Of a stretch of 64,000 nucleotides of DNA, positions 1 through 9,117 are shown one piece after another. The stretch's first letter is position 1. Each line of letters begins with the position of its first letter. A program made the translations under genes and the position numbers. Origin of the DNA: Corallochytrium limacisporum Hawaii. Its lineage: Eukaryota > Protista > Pluriformea. A model generated the notes under the pieces. It was not told where the DNA came from. It searched no databases and worked only from the letters and a program-made list of their open reading frames with translations. The stretch lies in NCBI GenBank assembly GCA_002811645.1, contig PDIP01000077.1, positions 97,086 to 161,085 on the forward strand. The letters are read 5' to 3'.

Positions 1-1316
1 TTTGTACGACTACGATGTGTTCAATGTCAAGCCAAAGTCAAAATAGTCCTTTTTTGAGAGTAGCAGGGACTCTTCGTTTGAATCAGCTATTGAAATATTT
101 TTTTATGATTGTTAAAAAGAGCAAAATATAATGAAATAGAATGGAATCAATATAAGTTATTATACAATCAAGATTAAAAAAGATCCTCGGGAGTCAAGTT
201 TTTCGGAGTTTTGACCCTAACATACCAGACAGAGGGTGGTACACTCCACTACTTTTTCTGGGGACTGTAAATTCAATGGGCAATTTCCTCAAAACCCCGG
301 GCGCAATGGTAAGCTGCCAGTATCATCGACTGTCTCGCCAACAGTGCGCACCAGTTTAGTCCTTCGATCGGCGATGACAAACGACATGGCGCTACGACTC
401 CGGTGCCATTTGTGGCGCGGGTCTCTTGAACGACGAAAGGGCAAGGTGGAGCGCGAGCGGAACAAGGCCAATGTGATTCATTCAGGCCTGCGTTTGGTAC
501 CACCCAGCGAGAGAACGGCCCCACCCAGTGACCCATTTGTGGGATTCTCGCAGCGGCAGGAGAAAAAATCTTGGAGAGGAGGGCACCATTTCAAGTACCT
601 TTTGTACTCGAATCGGTGCCTTTGTGGGGAATGGGGGGGGGGTGTGTTGCGGGGCATGCGCCGAGGTATGGGAGCATACCCGATGGAAGCGGTTTGCCCC
701 CCCTTTTTTTTTTCTTTGCTTGCCCGGCTGACTGCTGAGAGATCGCTGGAGGTCCAGACGGCATCAGCGGTGGAGTTTAAGGTGGCAGATGACTGGCAAG
801 TCAGTTCACGGCATCTAGTTCTAGCACCTAAGAATTGTGCTCTTGGTTACACACTTCAAAGCTGAAGAGCAGCACCATAGCTGGGCCCAACGAAAAAGGT
901 CTTCTTTGGTAATAGCATCCGCACGCACATTTATGCTTTTCGTGCCCGGTTGTTCCGGCAAACCCTGGTAGTGCTGTCAGACTTGCGATGCCAGGGCTCC
1001 TTGGTCAAGGGAAAGGGGGCGAAAGGGAGCCCTTCAAATGGACATTGTTCAGTGTTCCGGATCGTGTTCTTTCGGTCGACGACAGATAGATCCATCTGCG
1101 TCTGAGGTGGTCTACCTGGTTCTTGGTGACGATGGAATACATGGATAAAGGAACAAGAAGTTGCGCTTAACCATGTTTTGTACTGGAAGATACTTAAAGT
1201 TAGTGTGTTCGGACGAAGAGGCAGGATCATTCACTTGGTACTCAAGCACTATTCTTAAAGAAGAGAGACGGATCTCTGGGGCCACTGCTTACACATTTAA
1301 AGAAAGAAAAAATCAG

Positions 1317-1940
1317 ATGATGCCTAAGTTTGAACAGCCCAACGGGCTCGAGGGTATTGTCGAGCGCTTGGGCATGGATCCTCATCCTGAGGGTGGATAT
1401 TACTTGGAGACCTACCGATCTACTGAACAGATCGATGAACGTGCACTACCTGGACGCTTCATGGGAGCCCGTGCATTTAGTACAGCTACCTACGTGTTTT
1501 TGCCTCAGGGCACTCCATTTATGCTTCACAAATTGCCATCCGATGAGATGTGGCACTTCTACGGTGGATCTCCGCTGACCATTGTCGAGATGCACGCAGC
1601 CACTGGTGTCAAGGTCACGGCTCTTGGAAGTGATCTACTCAATGGACAAAGCCCTCAGTACGTTGTGTCTGCTGGCACTTGGTTCGGGGCCATTGCTGAC
1701 GAAGGTGACGCACTTGTTGGCTGCACCATGAGCCCTGGCTTTGACCTCACGGACTACCAGACCGCGGATCGCGAGTATATGATGCAGTACATGAGCGCGC
1801 ACCCTGCTGCGCCTCGTTTCATCAAGCAACTAACATCTTCCTCCTGTGATGAATATTCATCGACCTCTGGATCACCAACCACGTCTGCATTGGACATGAC
1901 CTTCCAGTATGGACCTCCACGGGCATTTATGCGTGCCTGA
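1317..1940 (+). CDS. Cupin_5 / DUF985 family protein (yeast YML079W/Cff1-like), paralog 1
   Basis: Motifs LGMDPHPEGGYYLETYRS, HKLPSDEMWHFYGG, PQYVVSAGTWFGA and LVGCTMSPGFD are typical of DUF985 cupins. Start moved from the track's non-ATG start (1161) to the first in-frame ATG at 1317, which agrees with paralog 2. Confidence 0.9.
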   Translation: MMPKFEQPNGLEGIVERLGMDPHPEGGYYLETYRSTEQIDERALPGRFMGARAFSTATYVFLPQGTPFMLHKLPSDEMWHFYGGSPLTIVEMHAATGVKVTALGSDLLNGQSPQYVVSAGTWFGAIADEGDALVGCTMSPGFDLTDYQTADREYMMQYMSAHPAAPRFIKQLTSSSCDEYSSTSGSPTTSALDMTFQYGPPRAFMRA

Positions 1941-3544
1941 GCTAGGCACAAGAAAGTCACGACTAAAGAAGAATCCCTTGCTAGTTTAGTTAATAGTTCG
2001 TCAGAGTTTGCATTATCATCCGCCTTTCCTTCACTTTTCCAAATGTTCACTGACCTTCCACTTGAAGAGTTATGGGCACGCAGACATAGAACTTGACATC
2101 CGAACCGTCGTGTCAAGCGCAAACCCACCATTAAAGGTTGAACCGCCCTAACGTGCACAAGCCGATGGGCTATCCACAATTTAGGGGTCAGTTTTATCGC
2201 TTCGCACCAAGTCCCATCAACATGGCCTCATTAGTTCGCCCTTCCCGGTCCGCGCAGGTACATTGAGTATCGGAAACGGCCCGGCACGCGCTCCTTGCCT
2301 CCCCCACGGCCAGACCCAAGGGGCCAAGAAAAAGTTAAAAAATGGGTCCAAAAAAATAAAAGTTGCTTGGTATGGCAAGAAATTTGAAGGAAGCCAAGGA
2401 AAAAAAAATGGTCTGAATGTGGGGGTGTAGGGAAGTGGGGCACTTTGGTAACTGTGGCGCCTCCCTCTCAGTGGGCACAGCGCTTCGCTACTTAACCCCC
2501 CCCCAACCCCCCAACCCCCCTCTCCCTTCCGCCATCGCCTTTGTCTTCCCAGTACACACGGCCCTTGAACCAATAAATACACAGCCAAAAACACCGGACG
2601 AGCCCCCGGAACATAGTTGGTATTATCATTGGTACCACCACCGTTGGACTCGCACTCCATAGTGCCACAAAACGCCCGGGAGACTCGAGGAGAGACCAGT
2701 CGGTTGGCTGTTGGTGCGTTGGGTTTAAAACCAAGAAAAGGGAAGGAGGGTCTGGGCAAAGGGGGGGGGGGGGGGAAAATAAAAACTCCGGGGCGGGGGT
2801 CGTTGTGCGGAGGGTTTTAGGCCCCCNNNNNNNNNNNNNNNNNNNNNNNNNNNNNNNNNNNNNNNNNNNNNNNNNNNNNNNNNNNNNNNNNNNNNNNNNN
2901 NNNNNNNNNNNNNNNNNNNNNNNNNNNNNNNNNNNNNNNNNNNNNNNNNNNNNNNNNNNGGGGGGGGGGGGGGCAAAATAAAAACTCCGTGGCGGTGGTC
3001 GTTGTGCGGAGGGTTTTAGGCCCCCCTTCTCCGTGGCACTGGAGTTAATTCTCCCGGGTTGTCGTGTCTTGCCATTGTTTTGGCTTAGTGTTTGTGTTGC
3101 GTTCAAATCCCCCCCCCTTCACCGTGCTTCATGCGCAACCCACAGATACGAATGGCATCAGCATCGAATACTAATTTCTCAGTCACGAAGCAGACTTTGC
3201 TCGGACCTGGTTTCAGTGGCCATGGCCTTAAACATGTGTGTGGGTCATATCCAGAGTCCTGCAATGCAGGTGATTAATTGTTGTTCAAGTGTCGCAACCA
3301 GCTGGGGTCCCCCACTTCAGAGACATCACCGGAAAGGGCCGGCCGATTCTGCTTGTGGACAAATAAGAAATGTCGAGATCCCAGGGAAAAGTGACGACAT
3401 TAGGTAGAGGAGTGTCGGCCGTCCGTACGACACGTCACGGTGGAGTTTATGCATGAACACGTACATAAGGTTCAAATTTCCCCTTTTCCGGGAAGAATTC
3501 AAGGACCAAATGCGAAGACACAACGCGCAGAGGAGAAAACAACA

Positions 3545-4063
3545 ATGACAGACTTGAAGGACCTCATCACCCAGTTGGACCTCCAGCCGCATCCTGAAGG
3601 TGGATACTATCGGGAGACATACCGTGCAGGTGAAATCATCAGCAAGTCTGCTCTTCCTGATCGGTACAATGGAGACCGGACCCATTGCACTGCTATTTAC
3701 TTCTTCCTCCCCAAAGGTGCTGTGAGCCACCTGCACAAAATCGACTCCGATGAGCTTTGGCACTTCTACAGCGGATCACCGCTAACCATTGTGGAAATGG
3801 ACCCGGAGACTGGCGTGAAGACCACTACTCTGGGCCCGGAAGTCTCGGCGGGCCAGCATTTCCAGTACACAGTTCGCGAAGGCCTCTGGTTTGGTGCGAT
3901 TGCTGATGCAGGTGATGTCCTGGTGGGTTGCACCGTAGCTCCAGGTTTTGACTTCGCCGGCTTCGAACTTGGCGACCGAGACTTCATGCGCAAGCACATG
4001 GCCAATCATGCTGATGCGGAAAAGTTCATCGAAAGGCTGACCCATCCTCCCAAAAGTCAGTAA
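3545..4063 (+). CDS. Cupin_5 / DUF985 family protein, paralog 2
   Basis: Motifs LDLQPHPEGGYYRETYRA, SHLHKIDSDELWHFYSG and LVGCTVAPGFDFAGFEL. ATG at 3545 in an acaATG context. Confidence 0.92.
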   Translation: MTDLKDLITQLDLQPHPEGGYYRETYRAGEIISKSALPDRYNGDRTHCTAIYFFLPKGAVSHLHKIDSDELWHFYSGSPLTIVEMDPETGVKTTTLGPEVSAGQHFQYTVREGLWFGAIADAGDVLVGCTVAPGFDFAGFELGDRDFMRKHMANHADAEKFIERLTHPPKSQ

Positions 4064-4251
4064 ACGGTCTGTCCACCAACCATAGGGGCTATACACTAGT
4101 AGTAAAGAAATTGTAAGAAACACATATTCCAAGACCTGAATATCAACAAAATGGGTGTTAACTTTCATGGATCTCAGGATTGTCAGTTTTGCCCGAACGC
4201 AGTGTATTAGGTTTTGCCTTATCCTACATGCTCACGTTTCTCCGCAAGTCA

Positions 4252-6252
4252 TTACCACGCACTGCCACCGTAGGCAATCGGTGCGCTGATGCAGTTCTCC
4301 GGAATGGCCCAGCCATCGCAAATGATATCGGACACCGCTGCCACCGTAGCGCATTGCTGAATATAAACCTTGCGGATCTCCAAGACGTGCTTACGCCCGA
4401 AGTAGTTCTGCTCTAGGAACCAGGCACGGTTGATGTACAGCAGGTGCGTGGCATACAAGCGGAGAATTTTGCCGACAATCTTCTTGGCAGCCTTGTCGCG
4501 GCAGCGCTCAAGATCACGCACAAATGCCTGCAGGCACTGGTGCTGGACGTGTGTCATGCCGAGCAGGGAGACGTGGTCCATGCAGTCGTTCCATGCCTCA
4601 AGAGAATCCTGGGTGCCACCACCGGCGGCGGTCTTCTTGTACAGACGGCGGGCAAGGGTATACATCAGACGGTTCTCCATGTACTCCATTGCTGCGACGG
4701 CCATGTCTACAGTCACAGTACTGCTGCGAGGACGCAGGTTCGATGTAGTGATAGCATCACCCAGGGTCTGCATGAGAGCAGATAAACCAGCCATTACGCG
4801 CCACTTATTGGCCATGAGGTCCACGTATTGAGCGAGTAGGTCCTTAGCGACTTGTTGCAGGATGACATAGTTGTCACCCTCAAAGGTGCAGTAGACATCC
4901 GTATCGCACCGCAAACCGGAAATTCGGTTGACGGTCATGAAGCCTTGTCCACCGCAGCATTCACGGCACTCCTGCAGACCTTCCGCCATGGTCCAAGTGC
5001 TCAGGGACTTCAGCCCCGCTGCTAGGCTCTGGATGCTTCGATCACCGAACTCACGCTTGGCCATTGCACGATCGAGGCGGATGCCAAGCTCACGGATGGC
5101 ACAGGAAGTGGCGCAGACGGTGGCGACATAGGGCATCAAGCGCATCTGTTGGGACTGGTAGTCCAGGATGGGCGTCTCGAGGGCATTCGGATCGGAGGGA
5201 CCGAATTGGCGGCGGTGCCGAGAGTAGCGGATAGCAATGGTCAGACCTACCTTCAGTGCGGCGTTCGCAGCATGTACCAGAGCAACGCGAGTGCCAGTTA
5301 GAGCAGCAATGTGAATATTAAAGCGTTCGGAATCGCTGGTAATCTCAGATTCGTAGGTACCATCGGGGCGGACATTCGCGTACCGGTTGAGCAGGTTGCG
5401 GCGCGGAATGCGGACCTCCGTAAAGGTGATGACGCCGTTGTCGACACCATTTAGACCTTCCTTGTACCCCATGTCGACGACCTTGCGACCGGGGAGCAGT
5501 TCCTTAGTGTTCACGTCACGCATAGGCACCAGGAAGCAATGCGGGCCCTTGTCGTCACCATTTGCCAGGATCAGACGGGCAAAAACCACGGCATACTCGC
5601 CCATGGTGGAATTGCCAATGTAATATTTGCGAGCACCGTCGTTCGGAGTGTGGATGATAAACTCTTCGGAACGGGGATCGTAGCGGGCCTGCGTTTGCAG
5701 ACCTCGCACGTTGGAACCATGCTCTTCCTCTGTCATGCAGAACATGCCGGTGACCTCGCAGTTGGCAATAGACGGGAAGTATTCGGCACGGAGGTCATCA
5801 GATCCGAGAGCAGTGATGGCACCGCAGAACAGGAAGGTCATGACTCCCGTCTTAACATTGGTGCTGGGATCGCCCATAGCCAGTGTTTCTACAAGGCCCC
5901 AGCCCTTATCCAGGGTGCCAGGTTTCTCCTCCCCTTGTTCCTGGAGCAGTTGGGCGATGCCAGGCAAAGTGAGCACTTCTTTTGCACGCTGGTAGGTGAT
6001 CTGCCGCTGTTCATCGAGTGGCTTTTGGGCCAATTCTGTGATCGGATCCTGCCACGACTCTGCCGTGCGCAGGTACTGACGAACCTCCTCACGCAGTTCG
6101 TGATACTTGCCATCGAAGTGGAGGCGCAAGGCCATGCTCACCCGATCCGGACTGTTCTGGTGCTTCTTGCCCTTCTTGGAATCCACATGCTTAAGGATCA
6201 CTTTCAGGCGCTCAGCCGGCGGGGCGGCGGTGCTGGGTAGCTGCAGAGACAT
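4252..6252 (-). CDS. Peroxisomal acyl-CoA oxidase (ACOXL/ACX-like)
   Basis: Motifs GMFCMTEEEHGSNVRGLQT, YSRHRRQFGP, LQECRECCGGQGF and CTFEGDNYVILQQVA with the catalytic Glu. 666 aa single ORF with an N-terminal PTS2-like RLKVILKHV. Confidence 0.93.
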   Translation of the reverse strand: MSLQLPSTAAPPAERLKVILKHVDSKKGKKHQNSPDRVSMALRLHFDGKYHELREEVRQYLRTAESWQDPITELAQKPLDEQRQITYQRAKEVLTLPGIAQLLQEQGEEKPGTLDKGWGLVETLAMGDPSTNVKTGVMTFLFCGAITALGSDDLRAEYFPSIANCEVTGMFCMTEEEHGSNVRGLQTQARYDPRSEEFIIHTPNDGARKYYIGNSTMGEYAVVFARLILANGDDKGPHCFLVPMRDVNTKELLPGRKVVDMGYKEGLNGVDNGVITFTEVRIPRRNLLNRYANVRPDGTYESEITSDSERFNIHIAALTGTRVALVHAANAALKVGLTIAIRYSRHRRQFGPSDPNALETPILDYQSQQMRLMPYVATVCATSCAIRELGIRLDRAMAKREFGDRSIQSLAAGLKSLSTWTMAEGLQECRECCGGQGFMTVNRISGLRCDTDVYCTFEGDNYVILQQVAKDLLAQYVDLMANKWRVMAGLSALMQTLGDAITTSNLRPRSSTVTVDMAVAAMEYMENRLMYTLARRLYKKTAAGGGTQDSLEAWNDCMDHVSLLGMTHVQHQCLQAFVRDLERCRDKAAKKIVGKILRLYATHLLYINRAWFLEQNYFGRKHVLEIRKVYIQQCATVAAVSDIICDGWAIPENCISAPIAYGGSAW

Positions 6253-7580
6253 TTGGATATTAGCAAAGTTATGATTGGAACTTCAATGTGTCCCTCAAGA
6301 ACAGTGCTCAAAATACTGATCAAAAGGAATCCATCATGTAGGGGCGCATGTTTCCTCAATCCTCTTTATACCTTGTTCTGTCTCAATCCTAACACTTGCC
6401 ACATCCCTGCGCGCACCTGCGCGTCTGGACGGACCAGGCCTTTTTCTTAGCCCCCATTTGAGTCCATCCAATACGTCCATAGTCCGCAGCTACTGCACAG
6501 CATTCGCTCCAAATTGACTGTTCTTCGGGCCATTTGAGCAGCGCAGCCACACTAATTATCCTTGTGTGCCGGAAGTTTCTTTGCTGCGCCCCGAGCGAGG
6601 AGAGAAACCGCTGATCTCCACGGAGAGTAGCAAAGCTAAAATGGTGATGAAGGTACCAACCAGCAACAACGAGGAACCGTTCTATTCGCAAGTTCTCTCC
6701 GCACAGCTCGCGGGAGCAGCAGCCCCCTGGCGTGCGCGGGGCGCAGCGGTCCTGGTCCGCCATTGTCTAAATTTAGGGTCAGGCGCTCGGTAAGGTGGTA
6801 CCACCCTACCGAAAACCTCGCTGTCGTTCCTCCTGGCGTTTGGGTCGGGATCCCCCCCTCCCCGCTTCTGAAAAACTCCCCCTCCCCCCTTCTCTCACCC
6901 GCCTTTGGGGCGGGGGGGAAAGCAGTGATCGTAAAAAGCGCCAGTGAGCAGCGCTTGTTCTGAACTCAAGGGCGGGTAGTGTCGAAGGTCTGATCAGAAA
7001 AATTAGAATCACATATTTGATTTCAGCATTTAAATTCGTTCAAGGTCGGCAGCCAGCACTTTTGATTCGAAATCTGCTCCCTTTCTGTCTACGGTCTCTA
7101 TGTAATGATCATAATCCAGCACAGTATGAAAACCTGAAGCCACGGTAAAATCTATTTCAGAAATTAGCTTTGATTAGATTCCCTTGGGCTCGTCGCTGGC
7201 GGGAGCAGTTCGGGGCGTTCGGGCGCGGGTTAGGGCCGGAGTGAAGTAGTACCGGCGGGCGGCTTTGTTTACCAACGCACCAATTGCGCAATTGCAGGCG
7301 CTGAGGCAGTCGGCAGAGAAAGCAATGGATCACTGTAGCCAGGAGCTCGTGAATGTGCGGATTTTCTTTTCGTTTCCTTTCAACATCAATGAGACAACCG
7401 TAGGTGCCTCGATTAACTTTCCAGCTAGATGAGGCAAGTTCATCATTTCCGGATGAGTCTGCTAGATCTTGCAACTGACTTTGATCAATAGCAGTGAGAT
7501 TATATAGCGGGATATTGCTCTCAAGCATATAAGACAGCCCTAGATGTGACAAGAGAAAGGGAGAGGAAAAACAAAGGAAA

Positions 7581-8921
7581 ATGGCTACCACTGTGCGGCA
7601 ACGTAAACAGGTAGCAAGCAAAGCCGCGAGTGATCCACCGGCGGATGCCGATGACACTGGTGATAGTGTTGGGGGACTGTCTGTTGGTGGCATCGCATTA
7701 CGCGTGGGCTGCGGTGTAATCGTCGGCGTCTTGGCGGTGTCTGGTTTTGTACTAGCTCTCCTGGTTTTGCGCAATGGCGGACCTGGTGGCATAGACTTCC
7801 CGCTCTCAATCCCGGGAGAGCGTATGGACGCCAAGGAAGAGGGTGTCCTGAAATCGACTATGGAGATCTATGCCACACTGCAGGACTCACCACCAGGAAA
7901 CATTGCGGCGGCTGCAAACGGTCGTGTGTTCTACACCTATCACCCAGAGTTCGAGAGCAAAGCCCCCGCAAAAGTTGCGGAATGGATCGAAGAAGCCGGC
8001 CATTGGGTGCCATTTCCTGATGCAAAGTGGCAGACGGACAAGTTTGTGTCCGTTCTCTCGGTCCGAGTAGATCAGCAGAATCGACTGTGGTGTCTCGACT
8101 TTGCGCAGCATGGCATCCTGGGCACACCACACATTTACGCGTTCGACGTTAGTGGACCAGCGGGTAGTGGAGGAGAACTTGTGCACACGTACACTTTTCC
8201 GGCGACGGTGGCCTCCTTTGGCAGCATGCTCAATGATTTTGCTGTGGAACCCAAAGGGCGTTACATTTACATCGCGGACACATCGGTTGTTAGTGGAAAC
8301 CCTGCGATTGTGACATACGACACACACGAGAAACGCAGTTGGCGGTGCCTTGAAGGCCACCCATCAGTGCGGGCGGAGCTGTACCTGCCCAAGGTTAATG
8401 ACAGACCGGTCAAGTTGGATATTCTCGGAGACTTGATGCCGATTCGTCCCCATGTCGATTCAATCGTGTTGGACGCAAAGGGTGAATATCTTTACTATGG
8501 GCCGGTGGCGCATGAACGACTCTTTCGCATCCATGCAAGTAGCTTGCAGAACCAGGGGCACTGCTCCAGTAGGGAAGTTTCGTATGATATTGAAGACTAT
8601 GCAGCTAAGACCATCAGTGATGGTCTTAGCATAGATGATGCTAACAATATTTACGTGACATCATTCGAGCACGATCGGATCGATGTGATTTTGAGTAAGG
8701 ACCGTACCTTGCTCACTCTTGTTCGCGATCCTGAGTTAATCCGTTGGCCGGATGGCCTAAGCTTCGGCAAGGACGGCTGGTTGTACTTCACGTCAAGCTG
8801 CATTCACTTCAGTTTCTGGGGTGATGAAATTAGCACCAAGGGACCATTTCACATTCTACGAATCAAACCAGATGTTTTGAAAGCGAAGTATGGCCTCACC
8901 TCACGCCCTGCTGGCCAATAA
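7581..8921 (+). CDS. Yellow/major royal jelly protein (MRJP)-like six-bladed beta-propeller with N-terminal transmembrane anchor
   Basis: Motifs SVLSVRVDQQNRLWCLD, LNDFAVEPKGRYIYIAD, DGLSIDDANNIYVT and LIRWPDGLSFGKDGWLYFT. Hydrophobic segment at about aa 38-63. Confidence 0.8.
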   Translation: MATTVRQRKQVASKAASDPPADADDTGDSVGGLSVGGIALRVGCGVIVGVLAVSGFVLALLVLRNGGPGGIDFPLSIPGERMDAKEEGVLKSTMEIYATLQDSPPGNIAAAANGRVFYTYHPEFESKAPAKVAEWIEEAGHWVPFPDAKWQTDKFVSVLSVRVDQQNRLWCLDFAQHGILGTPHIYAFDVSGPAGSGGELVHTYTFPATVASFGSMLNDFAVEPKGRYIYIADTSVVSGNPAIVTYDTHEKRSWRCLEGHPSVRAELYLPKVNDRPVKLDILGDLMPIRPHVDSIVLDAKGEYLYYGPVAHERLFRIHASSLQNQGHCSSREVSYDIEDYAAKTISDGLSIDDANNIYVTSFEHDRIDVILSKDRTLLTLVRDPELIRWPDGLSFGKDGWLYFTSSCIHFSFWGDEISTKGPFHILRIKPDVLKAKYGLTSRPAGQ

Positions 8922-9117
8922 GTCAGCTGATAGAATTCCATTGCATCTTTCAATGGAAAGAAAACTTAAATCAACTCTATAGCTGGAGTTCTCTTTCATA
9001 GTGATAACCTTTTCATAGTGTAATTATTTCCTTTAACAAAAATTGGTGGTGTTTCGATCTTGTACTCTTCTTGAGGTCCATGAAATTTGGTTTCGTTGAC
9101 TTTGCAAGCATGGCGCT

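Noticed and set aside
236-865. 209-aa ORF at the window start, and 58792-59424 (210 aa) in the desert
   Set aside because: No homology recognised; they cross poly-G/T or (GT)n tracts; likely chance ORFs.
2770-3026. Apparent ~55-bp direct repeat on both sides of a gap, with similar cases at about 13655-13872 and 23374-23514
   Set aside because: Copies abut N-gaps and differ mainly by T/G changes or homopolymer length. These are most likely unmerged overlapping contig ends.
5539-7834. Long antisense or overlapping ORFs (5539-6240, 7157-7834) and many similar ones within the integrin genes
   Set aside because: They overlap well-supported genes on the other strand or frame and show no motifs.
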